64,000 bases of DNA, from positions 29,388,001 to 29,452,000 of the forward strand of contig OX597831.1 of the NCBI GenBank assembly GCA_951406725.2. Reading direction: 5' to 3'. Shown here in pieces: positions 12,247 through 24,900 of this stretch. Positions within the stretch are counted from its first letter, which is position 1. The number at the start of each line of letters is the position of its first letter. Under the pieces are notes generated by a model, which saw nothing but the letters and a program-made list of their open reading frames with translations, did not search any database and was not told where the DNA came from. Source of the stretch: Octopus vulgaris. Taxonomy: Eukaryota. The translations under genes and the position numbers were made by a program.

Positions 12247-12763
12247 TCTTATAAAAATTCTGCTTATCCTTGTGTTACTTAGCCCGTCGGTAACGCTTTT
12301 ACGTGATAAGATAAAAAGGAGAAAGAGAAAATTGTATTTTTTTAACAATTGAACTAAGTTGTTACATTACCTATCAGTTAAGTGCACATAAGTGCAATTC
12401 CGTGAAATATTCACGCTTATTTACGTGCCAGATATATGAAATTTAACTAAAGGTTGTATCATATGTACGAGATTTTTTCTTTGTTTAAGGGAAAACGGAA
12501 AAATAAGAGGGAATATTTTTTTTATGAGTGCTGTACATTAAGTCTTTAAAAATTGTGCATGAAGTATATAAAGTGTATATATAAATTGCATTAAGTAATC
12601 ATCGTATTCCAATTTCTTTCAGGTTTTAATGAGTAACAGATGTGCGACTATATTACTATACAGACAACACAGGCTACGCTTTCAGATTTTTTAGATAAAG
12701 TTTTCAGAAATAATCCAATAGGTTTACCGTTAATTCCATGAAATATTTGCGGGGTCCTGCTAG
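12247..12763 (+). mobile_element. Putative non-autonomous Helitron
   Basis: A|TC 5' end (TCTTATAAAA), CTAG|T 3' end, imperfect subterminal hairpin CCATGAAATATTTGCGG at 12736-12752; no TSD. Confidence 0.5.
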
Positions 12764-12799
12764 TATATATGTGTGTGTGTATGTAAGTGTGAATGTGTT

Positions 12800-12856
<57 letters not shown>

Positions 12857-13046
12857 AAGTATGTGTGTAGAATAAGTACTAGGCTTATAAAAAAAACCCG
12901 CTTAAGCACTATGATCGATTTGTTCAACTAAACCCTTCAAGGAGATGCTCCGACATCCTGTCCTAATTGTTGCTTCTCTTGTCCGCCTTTGTATCGTCTA
13001 TCTGTCCGAATGTTTTAATGTCCTCTATTGCGTTTTCGTTCCATTT

Positions 13047-13127
<81 letters not shown>

Positions 13128-13193
13128 CGCACATATATATACTCACGCATGTTGGTTTATGTGATTGTATTTACATGTAAAGTTGTTGGTATG

Positions 13194-13228
<35 letters not shown>

Positions 13229-13237
13229 ATATATATG

Positions 13238-13654
13238 TATTTCTTTACTACCCACAAGAGGCTAAACACAGAGAGGACAAACAAGGACAGACAAACGGAT
13301 TAAGTCGATTACATCGACCCCAGTGCGTAACTGGTACTTATTTAATCGACCCCAAAAGAATGAAAGGCAAAGTCGACCTCGGCGGAATTTGAACCCAGAA
13401 CGGAGCGGCAGACGAAATACCTATTTCTTTACTACCCAAAAGGGGCTAAACACAGAGAGGACCAACAAGGACAGACAAACGGATTAAGTCGATTACATCG
13501 ACCCCCAGTGCGAAACTGGTACTAAATTTATCGACCCCGAAAGGATGAAAGGCAAAATCAACCTCGGCGGAATTTGAACTCAGAACGTAACGGCAGACGA
13601 AATACGGCTACGCATTTCGCCCGGCGTGCTAACGTTTCTGCCAGCTCACCGCCT
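13238..13654 (-). mobile_element. SINE family D, internally duplicated
   Basis: Reverse complement of 6201-6606 and 49386-49802; ATATATGTATT on both flanks. Confidence 0.85.
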
Positions 13655-14021
13655 TACTCTCACATATATGTATTACCTTCAGGTATTTATATAGATACAC
13701 TTACCTCCATCTCCATAAATATATATCTACATAAGTAAATACATTCACGATGTTTGATATAAACTGCGCAAATGCTAATACACAAATGTCTACATAATTG
13801 TGTGTGTCTATTCATGTGTGCGTATGAAATCACAATGGCGCTTGACCGACCATAAATTCTTAACGTTCCTTTAGCCAACCCTTACACTCCCTTAACCTTT
13901 CATCCACTTCACCACATTCTACACCGTCACACACACGCACACACACACACACATACACACATACATGTCTACTTAACACTCTCAAGTCGTAGATATTCGT
14001 ACACCCACACATACCGCATCC

Positions 14022-14132
<111 letters not shown>

Positions 14133-14346
14133 CAGTTATATACACACATATATATACATGTATCTAAATATATATATATATATATATATATACACGCATA
14201 TATGCATACATAAATTCTTTTATACATATATACATACACATGTACATATATTCATACATATACATATATATACATATATATATATACATACATACATATA
14301 GATACACAACACATAAACACATATATACGTATATATATGTACACAT

Positions 14347-14377
<31 letters not shown>

Positions 14378-14421
14378 CATATATATACGTATATGCAAAC
14401 TTGTATACACACACTCACGCG

Positions 14422-14456
<35 letters not shown>

Positions 14457-14549
14457 GTACAAATATTTATACATATATAAACACATACGCATATGTGCAT
14501 ATATATGTATATGTATACATATATGTATGTATGTATGTATGTATGTATA

Positions 14550-14665
<116 letters not shown>

Positions 14666-14800
14666 ATCGTGCACACATCAAACGATTTAATACCCTCTCT
14701 CATTCTTACGCACAAATTCATTTACACCTATATACACACCTGTTTGATTGACTTTCTTTTCACCTGCACCCCATCCTCGTTATTTCTCTCTTTCTCTTTC

Positions 14801-14846
<46 letters not shown>

Positions 14847-15172
14847 ACACACACACTTATCCCCAACCTTCTTCTTACCACCGCCTCTCCGTTATTCATT
14901 ATCCATTCTAAATTATATCCACGATACTTGAACTTTTCTGCCAGACCCTGTTGTAAGCTACAATTAACAGTCGAAGCTGCCGGTGAAAGAATATATCTCA
15001 GTACAAGTGATTTACCATTTCCCATTTAATTTTCTAACTGGGTCACTGCCTCACTGTATGTGTAATAATACACACTCATTCACACGCATGCGTAAACACT
15101 TGCGAAAACATTCATCCGCAAACAAACATTGATTAGCGATGTTTACGTCATAAGAATTAAAAATCTTTTAGA

Positions 15173-15570
15173 GACGCAGGCTTGACTGTGTGGTAAGAAG
15201 CTTGCTTTCCAACCACATGGTTCCGGGTTCAGTCCCACTGCGTGGCAGCTTGGGTAAGTGTTTTCTACCATAGCCTTGGGCTGACCAAAGCCTTGTGAGT
15301 GGATTTGGTTGACGGAAACTGAAAGAAGCACGTCGTATATATACATGTATGTGTGTCTTTATGTCTGTGGTTCCACCCCGCCGACTACCATCACCGCTTG
15401 ACAACCGGTGTTGGTGTGTTGCGTCCCCGTATCTTAGCGGTTCGGCAAAAGAAACCGATAGAATTTGTACCAGGCTGAAAAATGAGTTCTGAGGTCGATT
15501 CATTCGAATAAAAATTGAAATCGGTGCTCCAGCATGGCCGCAGTCTAATGACTGAAACAAATAAGATTAA
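15173..15570 (+). mobile_element. SINE family A, diverged full-length copy
   Basis: TGTGTGGTAAG A-box, GGTTCAGTCCC B-box, CCAGCATGGCCGCAGTC..TGACTGAAAC tail. Confidence 0.85.
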
Positions 15571-16094
15571 AAAATAAAAGAAAAAAAGACGTTAAATGAT
15601 TCGTTTTTAAAAGTGGAACTCGAAGAACATAATGCTATAAATAATAGTTTGTAAATATGTATTTCTTCAAAACAGTGAATCTCGAAGCAAATAAAGATAT
15701 AAATAACAAAGTGTAGGTATTGAGTTAAAAACACCTTTGGATCAGAAAAGTCAAGGGCTGCCCGTGAAAACTGGATAATTAGGAGCTTTGCCGAAACATA
15801 AACAAACATAAGCATACAACTAATTTAACAACTATTCCTCTCTCACCTTCTACGCTCCACACACATACACACACACATACACACACACACGCACACACAT
15901 ATATATATATATGTACACACACGCACACACATATATATATATGCACACACACACATGTATGTATGTAAATACACGCAAGCACACGCTCATTCATAAATAC
16001 CTCCATACCTAAATCACAAGCCTCAGTCTTATACATATATTAATAGAAGTGTTAATATATTAAGTTTTTTGTTTTTTGATTTTTAGATTCCAGA

Positions 16095-16279
16095 TCGTTA
16101 GCTCCTACACACATTTTTTTTCTCTCCTTGTTTGTTTCTGTGTATCTTTCTGTCGAAGAGCGTAGGCTCGAAACGTAAAATACCTTTTCTATTCCTGAGC
16201 GCTATACTAATACATTTGTTTGTTTGTACTCCACCTGCCTTCGTCTTTTGTTTATTTTCGTAAACTTTCCCTTTATATA

Positions 16280-16280
<1 letters not shown>
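16095..16280 (+). mobile_element. Small Penelope-tail-like element P2 with hammerhead-like motif
   Basis: CTGTCGA-A-GAGC-GTAG-GCTC-GAAAC-GTA at 16150-16177; TTCCTGAGCG shared with 39280-39490 and 46340-46440; ends in (TA)n. Confidence 0.55.
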
Positions 16281-16321
<41 letters not shown>

Positions 16322-16324
16322 ATG

Positions 16325-16415
<91 letters not shown>

Positions 16416-16484
16416 GTATAATATGCATGTATGTATATATATATGTATAAGTATAATATATATATATATATATATATGTATAAG

Positions 16485-16519
<35 letters not shown>

Positions 16520-16780
16520 CATGCATACAAACACACATACACACACATACATATACGCACTCTTGGCTCAACAAGTGGCGCTTGATCAGCAAAGAGAGTA
16601 AAGATAATGTTATAATGAAAACCACTAGTCTTATGAAATTTAGTTACCTAGGGTTTCGTAGCACGTTGTCTACTTTAAATGCAACTGACAAACAGTCTTG
16701 TTCTCAGCTTGAAAATCGGCGAAATAAATTAATGTTTCGGACATTGTATTTCATAAGACTTGTGGTTTTCATCATAGCAT

Positions 16781-16815
<35 letters not shown>

Positions 16816-16841
16816 ATGTGTGTATGTGTGTGTGTGTGTAA

Positions 16842-17275
16842 CTAAAAGACAATCTGAAGCGATGTAGCATTCCTTTTTCTTCATGGGAAAGGAAAGCATC
16901 ACAATGCAGGACTTGGTGCCAGTGTCGCTTCTCCTCAGTTCAAAGATTTGAGCAAAGTCGACTCTAACATCGGGACCAACTTCGTGCAAGCATGAAAGCT
17001 CGCTGGCTAAAATGCTACTCCCCCTTATTTGGAAACCTTACTTGTCATTGTGGTTTTGTAGTACGAAGCAAAGCAGGCCTTGCCGTCCGTCCAAGTACCA
17101 AATAGTAAATGAGCAATAAGTACTCAAGGAAACTGAGTCCTCAACTTCTATTTGCCAAAAGGTTTGCAAGGCACCAACAGGCCTCAAGTAACACATTCAT
17201 GTCCATAGAACATGATTAACGTTTTATTTTACTGAACCCTCATGTGTCGTCCATGAAAAGAGACTCCATCATATA
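16842..17275 (+). mobile_element. RTE-clade LINE 3' fragment (decayed)
   Basis: Translates LKDNLKRCSIPFSSWERKASQCRTW...FEQSR...TCHCGFVVRSKAGL, typical of the RTE C-terminus with zinc-finger remnant; tail GAGACTCCATCAT; contains a stop and frameshifts. Confidence 0.7.
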
Positions 17276-17561
17276 TCTTTTTTTAATCTTTTACTTTTAC
17301 ACTTTAATTTTTGTTTCCGTTTTCCGTTTTTTTTAACCTTCCACGTTTTCTATATGCTACGTTATTAGTTCTTCTGTGCTTCTTCTCTTATTTAAATTTT
17401 TAGTTCGTTATATGTGGCCTATGCTTGATACGTTTGTGATATTTCTCAACATATGAAACTATTAGAAGTAATTAAAGACGTGTATTGTGTCCCTTAGATA
17501 AATATTTATCTTTCACCAGATGGAGTACTTTTTTGTTAAATTTTCTATCACAGAGCAGTAC

Positions 17562-17616
<55 letters not shown>

Positions 17617-17626
17617 ATGTATATAT

Positions 17627-17743
<117 letters not shown>

Positions 17744-18199
17744 GAGGTAGAGGCAAATTTGCTGCTGAAAATGCACCTAAATTTGAAAAACTTGTAATTG
17801 TTTAAAATAAATTTATTTATTTACATACCAGACTAATTTCAACAATCATTTTTTGTTTATCAACGGTAAAAATTTAGAATTATGAATTAGGAAGACATGT
17901 TTAAAAGTTTCAATGTTGACAAGTTTAAATGTTTATAACAGCCAAATTTAGAATTCTATATATACATACATACATACATAAAAAATTTACTAGTAAGCTG
18001 CTTCCGTTGCATAATTCGAATTTTATTCCACATATGCAGGGTCATTGCAAGCTAGTGTCCTGTTCAAACATTATCAATGGGCGTGGATGCGCGGTAACAA
18101 GTTTGTTCTCAACTACACGGTTTCGGGTTTAGTCCCACTGCATAGTGCCTTGGGCACAAATGTAGATATATACGTGTATATACATATAAATGTGTGTGA

Positions 18200-18386
18200 G
18201 CGCATGCGATAGACTTTCACGATCCCGTCAACCAAATTCCCTCTCAAGGTATTAGTCGATCCGGGACTATAGTTGAAGACAGCTATAGAAGAAGACACTA
18301 TGTCCAAAGTGCCAGGCAGCGGAACTGAACCCGGGGGCTCACGGATGCAAAACGACCTTCGTAACCACACAGCCATGTCTGCCCCT
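18200..18386 (-). mobile_element. Diverged SINE family A, 5' half
   Basis: GAAGACACTATGTCCAAAGTGCC...GAACTGAACCCGG...AACCACACAGCCA; an opposite-strand head fragment lies at about 18079-18160. Confidence 0.7.
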
Positions 18387-18663
18387 ATATGTGTACATAT
18401 ACACATAATGCACTCAGGAAAAATAGATTAAATCAGGTTGAAGTCGTATGGCATATGGAAATAGAATACATTCAGCGTGTTTATAGTTACAGTAGCGTGT
18501 TGGTTTCATCATGGCAGCACACCCGGTGACAAAAACTTGAGTACAATTATGTACATATATATGCACACAAACATCTACATGCGTACACACACACACATAC
18601 ATACATACATACATACATACACACCTAGATGCATAGATACGTAAACAGCTTATAAGTACAGAC

Positions 18664-18744
<81 letters not shown>

Positions 18745-19362
18745 CTGACACACATACATCTTACATTAAAGCGTTAAAGATATTATCTGCGAGGCATTCA
18801 TTGCTCGAAAGTCCTTAAAATACTCTTTTCAAAAAGGAGGCTAGAAACGACATTAGACCGGAAACTATAATACATTTTATCTTTTGTAACTTATCAAACA
18901 ATGGCGGCCGTCAATACATTTTGTTCATGTTGTTGTTGTTTTTGTTGTTGTTATTCGCTTCCTTACTGTGTTGTTAACATACAAATATATGTGTTTGCGT
19001 ATGTGAGTGTATATCTGATACGAATATGTATCAATCCCGCTGAACACGGTTATATATAGTTTCTTTCAAATGCCTACTTGAATATATCCGTTGTTACAAT
19101 GGAGATTTCGGGTGGGAATGTCTATGTAAGTGTCTGAGTATCTTATTCCACCCTACTACACCCTATTGAGTACTTTCTCGGTTAATTGTACCCATACCCC
19201 GATCTGCGGGACTATGTTTCTTCATTATATGTGTGTGAGTGTGTGTTTGTATGCCTGCGTGATTGACTGGCGCTGTGTGCATGCAAACGTATATTCACTT
19301 ACACAAGCGCAGACACATATACACTCATACACGTATGTATGCATGCATGTATGTATATATGC

Positions 19363-19411
<49 letters not shown>

Positions 19412-19786
19412 TACCAAAGATAGATCTAGCCGCCCACACAGTCATAAATAAGTGTTTATGTTTGAGTATGTGTTCTTTCTTGTGGGGAGTTGTATGTATG
19501 TATGTATGTATGTATGTATGTATGTATGTATGTATGTATGTATGTATGAATGGATGGATGGATGGATGGATGGATGGATGGATGGATGGATGGATGGATG
19601 GATAAACGCTAACACATGGCTGTGTAGTTAAGAAATTGACTGCACAGCGTAGTTGGTTCAAGGTTCCGTTCCATGCTCAATATCTTGTGAATGTGATTTT
19701 GTAGAAAATGTGTGTGTATACGTGTGTGTAGGTGCGTGCGTGTGCGTGTTTGTATGACTGTATGTGTATATGTATATGTATATGTG

Positions 19787-19846
<60 letters not shown>

Positions 19847-20079
19847 ATAACAATATAATATAATATATGATACATATATATAATATATATTGTTTATATA
19901 TATATATATATATATATATTCAGATGAATATGGTACTTAAGTTGAGGCAGCAGAATTTAGTACGGTATTATCCATACAATTTCCTTAACGTCTTGGAGAT
20001 TTTAGGTATAATTATACTAATGTGTCCATCTGTTTTAAATTAATTCTATGTCTTTGTGCATTTTAAATTGATGTAATAG

Positions 20080-20854
20080 AGTTGCATGAAATGTTATATG
20101 GTTGTGAAAAGGGAAACTACAAACCAAACTAGCAACATCTCCATCAATGATTTGACTGATTCCCCTGTATCTGACGAGGAATGTTACAGGTATCTAGGGG
20201 TAGATGAAAATATTTTCTTACAATGACACCTGTAACAAAACACGTGTCACAAAAGAATATCACAGCCGAATAAACAAAATTTGGACCTCAGAATTCTCTG
20301 CAGTCAATAAAACAGTGACCCACAATGTATTTGCAGTGCCAGTACTCATACCAACATTTGGACTGCTTGATTGGACGCTTGATGAGATCTGATACATTGA
20401 TGTGAAAACACAAAAAACACTAACAAACACATATAATTTCCACATAAACAGTGACGTAGACTGACTCTACTTAAAACGTAAACAAGGGGGCAGTGGCTTA
20501 ATATCGATCCAAAATGCCTTTGAATGTCGTATCATATCCCTTCGGCAACATCTTCTATTCGCCAAGCGTCGAAATGCATCCCTTGACCAAGTTTGCATAC
20601 ATGAGGCTGATAACATCATTAAACTTGGAAAGCGGCTCCTTGAGCAACATTCCTTGTCTGATAACCTTGAATACATGCCCAAAGGAGTCGCACGACTCTA
20701 CCGCAACATAGCAGATGAAAAGTTGAGCATATATGAGTAGAAGACTATGCATGGATATTTTAGCAGAAAGCTCCGTGATGATAGTAACATCGATCATCAA
20801 AGCAGTTTATCATGGACGAATAGCCGGATCACTACCTCCCAATTTGAAGGGTAC
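20080..20854 (+). mobile_element. R4/Dong-type non-LTR retrotransposon, RT fragment (pseudogenised)
   Basis: Translates CYRYLGVDENI...SRINKIWTSEFSAVNK...FAVPVLIPTFGLLDWT...HINSDVD*LYLKRKQGGSGL...HGYF; RT domain 7/thumb motifs with in-frame stops. Confidence 0.85.
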
Positions 20855-20902
20855 AGAGATAGCTATTTTAATTTAATGTTGTCTTAATTGCCTTCACCGA
20901 TA

Positions 20903-20939
<37 letters not shown>

Positions 20940-21658
20940 TTACAGGGTAAATGTTTTTTAATTTTCTCCTGGTTTACGGAATTGATGTTATTTTGCGGTT
21001 GAAGCTTTTGGCTGTTATTTCTAGTGGGTGAATGGCCTATTATGGCCGTTCCTTGATTGTGATGTTGAACTTAAAAATGGTTTATGACTATTTAAATTTT
21101 TTCCCACTAGGCCGCTGGTGGCAAAAGAATTCTACAAAATTTTTTTTGCCACCCTATATTGATTAATTATGAATTTTCTGGTTAATTCCGTAATGGAATC
21201 GGCGGCTTATATTTATTTGCTGCCGATAAATTTGGCGCGAGTGCGACGATTTGAAAATTTTAGGTCAGATATTGCCGAAGCAGGGACGAGAATGCCTCGT
21301 GAAAAATATCTGTTCCGACTTGGCTATTTCTTACTGATGAATCTAAGGGCCTATGGTAGATTGGCTTGATTTAATTTAATCAGGTTAGTTTACCATTAAA
21401 CAGTAGATGAAACGGTGCATCGTATAAGAAATTACAGGGTAAATGTTTTTTAATTTTCTCCTGGTTTACGGAATTGATGTTATTTTGCGGTTGAAGCTTT
21501 TGGCTGTTATTTCTAGTGGGTGAATGGCCTATTATGGCCGTTCCTTGATTGTGATGTTGAACTTAAAAATGGTTTATGACTATTTAAATTTTTTCCCACT
21601 AGGCCGCTGGTGGCAAAAGAATTCTACAAAATTTTTTTTTGCCACCCTACATTGATTA

Positions 21659-21660
<2 letters not shown>
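20940..21660 (+). mobile_element. Hammerhead-containing partial tandem repeat (Penelope pLTR / non-LTR retrozyme-like)
   Basis: Near-identical ~228-bp direct repeats at 20940-21167 and 21432-21660 (period 492); hammerhead at the junction; terminal hairpin GGTGGCAAAA/TTTTGCCACC; flanked by (TA)n. Confidence 0.75.
21326..21432 (+). ncRNA. Type I hammerhead ribozyme, intact core
   Basis: Stem I ATTTCTTA/TAAGAAAT; CTGATGA 21334-21340; stem II ATCTA/TAGAT with a long extension; GAAA 21409-21412; stem III ACGGT-GC-ATCGT; GUA triplet 21422-21424. Confidence 0.85.
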
Positions 21661-21723
<63 letters not shown>

Positions 21724-21889
21724 AAGGCTAATTGAGACAACATTAAATTAAAATAGCTATCTCTATATCATACAAAATGTATATACTCCGCAGAAAGGCA
21801 TGCTGCTATAATTTAGTCTCAGAGGAAGTCTATTAATAAGTCTGTTGCGTCAAAGCCTTAATACCTGCCAACCTATCTACCTACCTACC

Positions 21890-21940
<51 letters not shown>

Positions 21941-22102
21941 ATATATACATACTGAGTTATCTACTTACCTAATTACGTATCTATCAAGGCATATCGATAT
22001 AAGTAGCGATCTCTTTAACAAATTACCCTTCCATTATTTCAACCACTCAATCACTCAATAAAAGAATGAATGAATGAATGAAAAATTCAGTCAGTCAACC
22101 AC

Positions 22103-22188
<86 letters not shown>

Positions 22189-22286
22189 CATCTATATATC
22201 TATCTATCAATCCCTCTGTATTTCATCATCTCTTTACACGTGTGTGATTGAATATGTGTGAGTGTATGTGTGTGTGTGTGTATGTT

Positions 22287-22321
<35 letters not shown>

Positions 22322-22992
22322 ATGCATACACACACATATATGTAATATATATTATATATACTTATACAAACATACGTGTGTATGTCTATGCGTGTGTGTA
22401 CATACGTATAAGTATATATATATATTTCCTTTTTAATGCTTAGCCTATATGAATATACACATTGTTATAGTAGAAATTTTGGGTGGGAATACGTCGAGAT
22501 GTGTTTGACTGCATATTTCAGTGACTTACTGGAGCAGAATACGAAAGAACCGATTTGAAAGACATTTAATACGACGTGTTTTGTCAAGGTAACATGCTTC
22601 CGAATAGCAACGGTTCACGCTTCGCCGATCGTTATATCTATAAAAGATATTTAAAGGTACTTTCTGTGTCGCAAATACTTAAGTACCTGGCAAAACATTC
22701 CAACGGAATTCTGTTGCTGTTCATTGTAAAGATTCTACAGGTGAACCTATATGTATGTGTGTGTATGAGTGTGTATGTGTGTATGTTTATGAAGAAGCTA
22801 TCTTCGTGTATATATATATGAATGATGATTATGTGCGTGCATTTGGATGTGTATGTATGGATATGTATACACACACACACACAAACACACACACACACGT
22901 ATATATATGTGAGTATATATATATATACTTATATAGACATATATATACATATATATGTCATATATATATATATATATATACATATATATGTC

Positions 22993-23035
<43 letters not shown>

Positions 23036-23037
<2 letters not shown>

Positions 23038-23162
23038 CGACGGGTTTCTTTCAGTTTCCGCCTACCAAACCTACTCACCATTCCTAAGGTGCCGCGCAGT
23101 GGGACTGAACCTGGAATCAGGTGATTGGAAAACCACGTTCTTACCACACAGTCACGTCTGCA
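23036..23162 (-). mobile_element. SINE family A, internally deleted 5' half
   Basis: ACGACGGGTTTCTTTCAGTTTCCG...GGGACTGAACC...TTACCACACAG. Confidence 0.75.
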
Positions 23163-23166
23163 TATA

Positions 23167-23214
<48 letters not shown>

Positions 23215-23478
23215 ATGAGCACGTGTGTATGGGTGTTTATATATATAATTGCAAAAAGTATTCAATATGTAGTTTTTTTTAAATTTCAATAAAAGTAGCG
23301 GATTTGTTCCTTATTATTCGGTGTTCCACGCAAAGCATTTGTTCAGGGTGTCTAGAGAGAACTCTCGCACTTTCTTACTGTGTATATACGCAAATCTGTT
23401 TATGTATGTGTATGTGCGTATATACTTACATATATATATATATATATATATACACGCGCGCAGTTGTATATGTATATA

Positions 23479-23510
<32 letters not shown>

Positions 23511-23701
23511 CGTACACATATGTATATGTATATATATATATATATACATACGTATATATACATACATAATATATATACATGGATATGTATACATATTCCT
23601 GTGAATGAAATCTGATAAATGGTATTTCTAAGCGGAAGTCGATGAATACATATATACACATGCACTCCCCGCACACTTGTGTATGTAAATATATGTAAAT
23701 A

Positions 23702-23747
<46 letters not shown>

Positions 23748-23803
23748 TGAGTGTATGCATGCATTTATACAAATATATGCATATATATATATATAATCGT
23801 ATG

Positions 23804-23836
<33 letters not shown>

Positions 23837-24136
23837 GGGTATATATTTTTAAATACACACAGTCAGTCACAGACAAATATATATATATACATATATACAT
23901 GCGCCACATATAAGCGTATAGTGCACATACAAAACCTCATCAAACAGTTTTGCTAAGGCGGGGTTCCTATCTGCCACCCGCCTTGCCAGAACGGTAAACA
24001 GATAATTATACCCGTCACCCCTTTCTAATCCAAAGAAACGACCTGTAGCAAAATGTAAACTATTTAGGGGTCCCGCCAGTATGTCTGATTAACGTCACAG
24101 GATTCCTGGCCCCATATATAACATTTTCTTTATTTC

Positions 24137-24169
<33 letters not shown>

Positions 24170-24172
<3 letters not shown>

Positions 24173-24238
24173 TAGTTTTATTTTTATAGCGTGCTTTCAC
24201 TTCACTACCGAGCGCAGCTCTGTGTGCCTTATTGGATA
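24170..24238 (-). mobile_element. Short LINE 3' tail inside (ATT)n
   Basis: Minus strand ends GAAAGCACGCTATAAAAATAAAACTACTG(AAT)n, resembling L2/CR1-type 3' ends. Confidence 0.45.
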
Positions 24239-24258
24239 TTATTATTATTATTATTGCC

Positions 24259-24309
<51 letters not shown>

Positions 24310-24310
<1 letters not shown>

Positions 24311-24521
24311 GGCGACGAGCTGCCAGAATCGTTAGTACGCCGGACGAAATTCTCAGCAGTATTTCGTCTGCCGCTACGTTCTGAGTTCAAATTCCGCCGC
24401 GGTTTACTTTGCCTTTCATCCTTTCGGGGTCGGTAAATTAAGTACCAGTTACGCACTGGGGTCGATGTAATCGACCTTCCCCTACCCCAGAATTTCAGGC
24501 CTTGTGCTTATAGTAGAAAGG

Positions 24522-24522
<1 letters not shown>
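24310..24522 (+). mobile_element. SINE family D monomer with alternative 3' end
   Basis: Head and Nin-like core as in the other D copies, followed by CCCCAGAATTTCAGGCCTTGTGC...GAAAGG(ATT)n. Confidence 0.8.
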
Positions 24523-24561
<39 letters not shown>

Positions 24562-24564
<3 letters not shown>

Positions 24565-24900
24565 GTTTGACTTTTGCTTTGTATTTGTACAAGTTGGCTC
24601 CAAGCCTCACCCAGGGACTTCAAAAGGCAACAAGTTATAAGTTCAAGTTGGTGTTATGCCTAGGGTGTCATATATTCGGTTTTGCACATAATGTTCTAGA
24701 GAATGTTTAATTATGAGTTTGTTTTAAAATTTTAGATTACATAGACAGTATTTTATGTAGGATATGGGCAGTTCCCATGAGCACAATCTTTTGAATTTCA
24801 GTAATTTGGGGTTTCCTGGTATCTGAGCTAGGTAGGAATTAACCCCTTTTGCTATCATTTCTTGGGCACCTACAACAACAGGTAATGTTTTAGTCTTGAG
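24562..24900 (-). mobile_element. R4/Dong-type LINE 3' end
   Basis: Minus strand reads LKTKTLPVVVGA...EIQKIVLMGTAHILHKILSM*, then a 3' UTR ending in (AAT)n. Confidence 0.8.

Noticed and set aside
18781-18822. CTGCGA-GGCA-TTCAT-TGCT-CGAAAGTCC hammerhead-like string
   Set aside because: Core has a deletion and stems I and III are unconvincing
21169-21369. 66-aa ORF inside the hammerhead element
   Set aside because: No GIY-YIG or RT motif; overlaps the structured RNA; length compatible with chance
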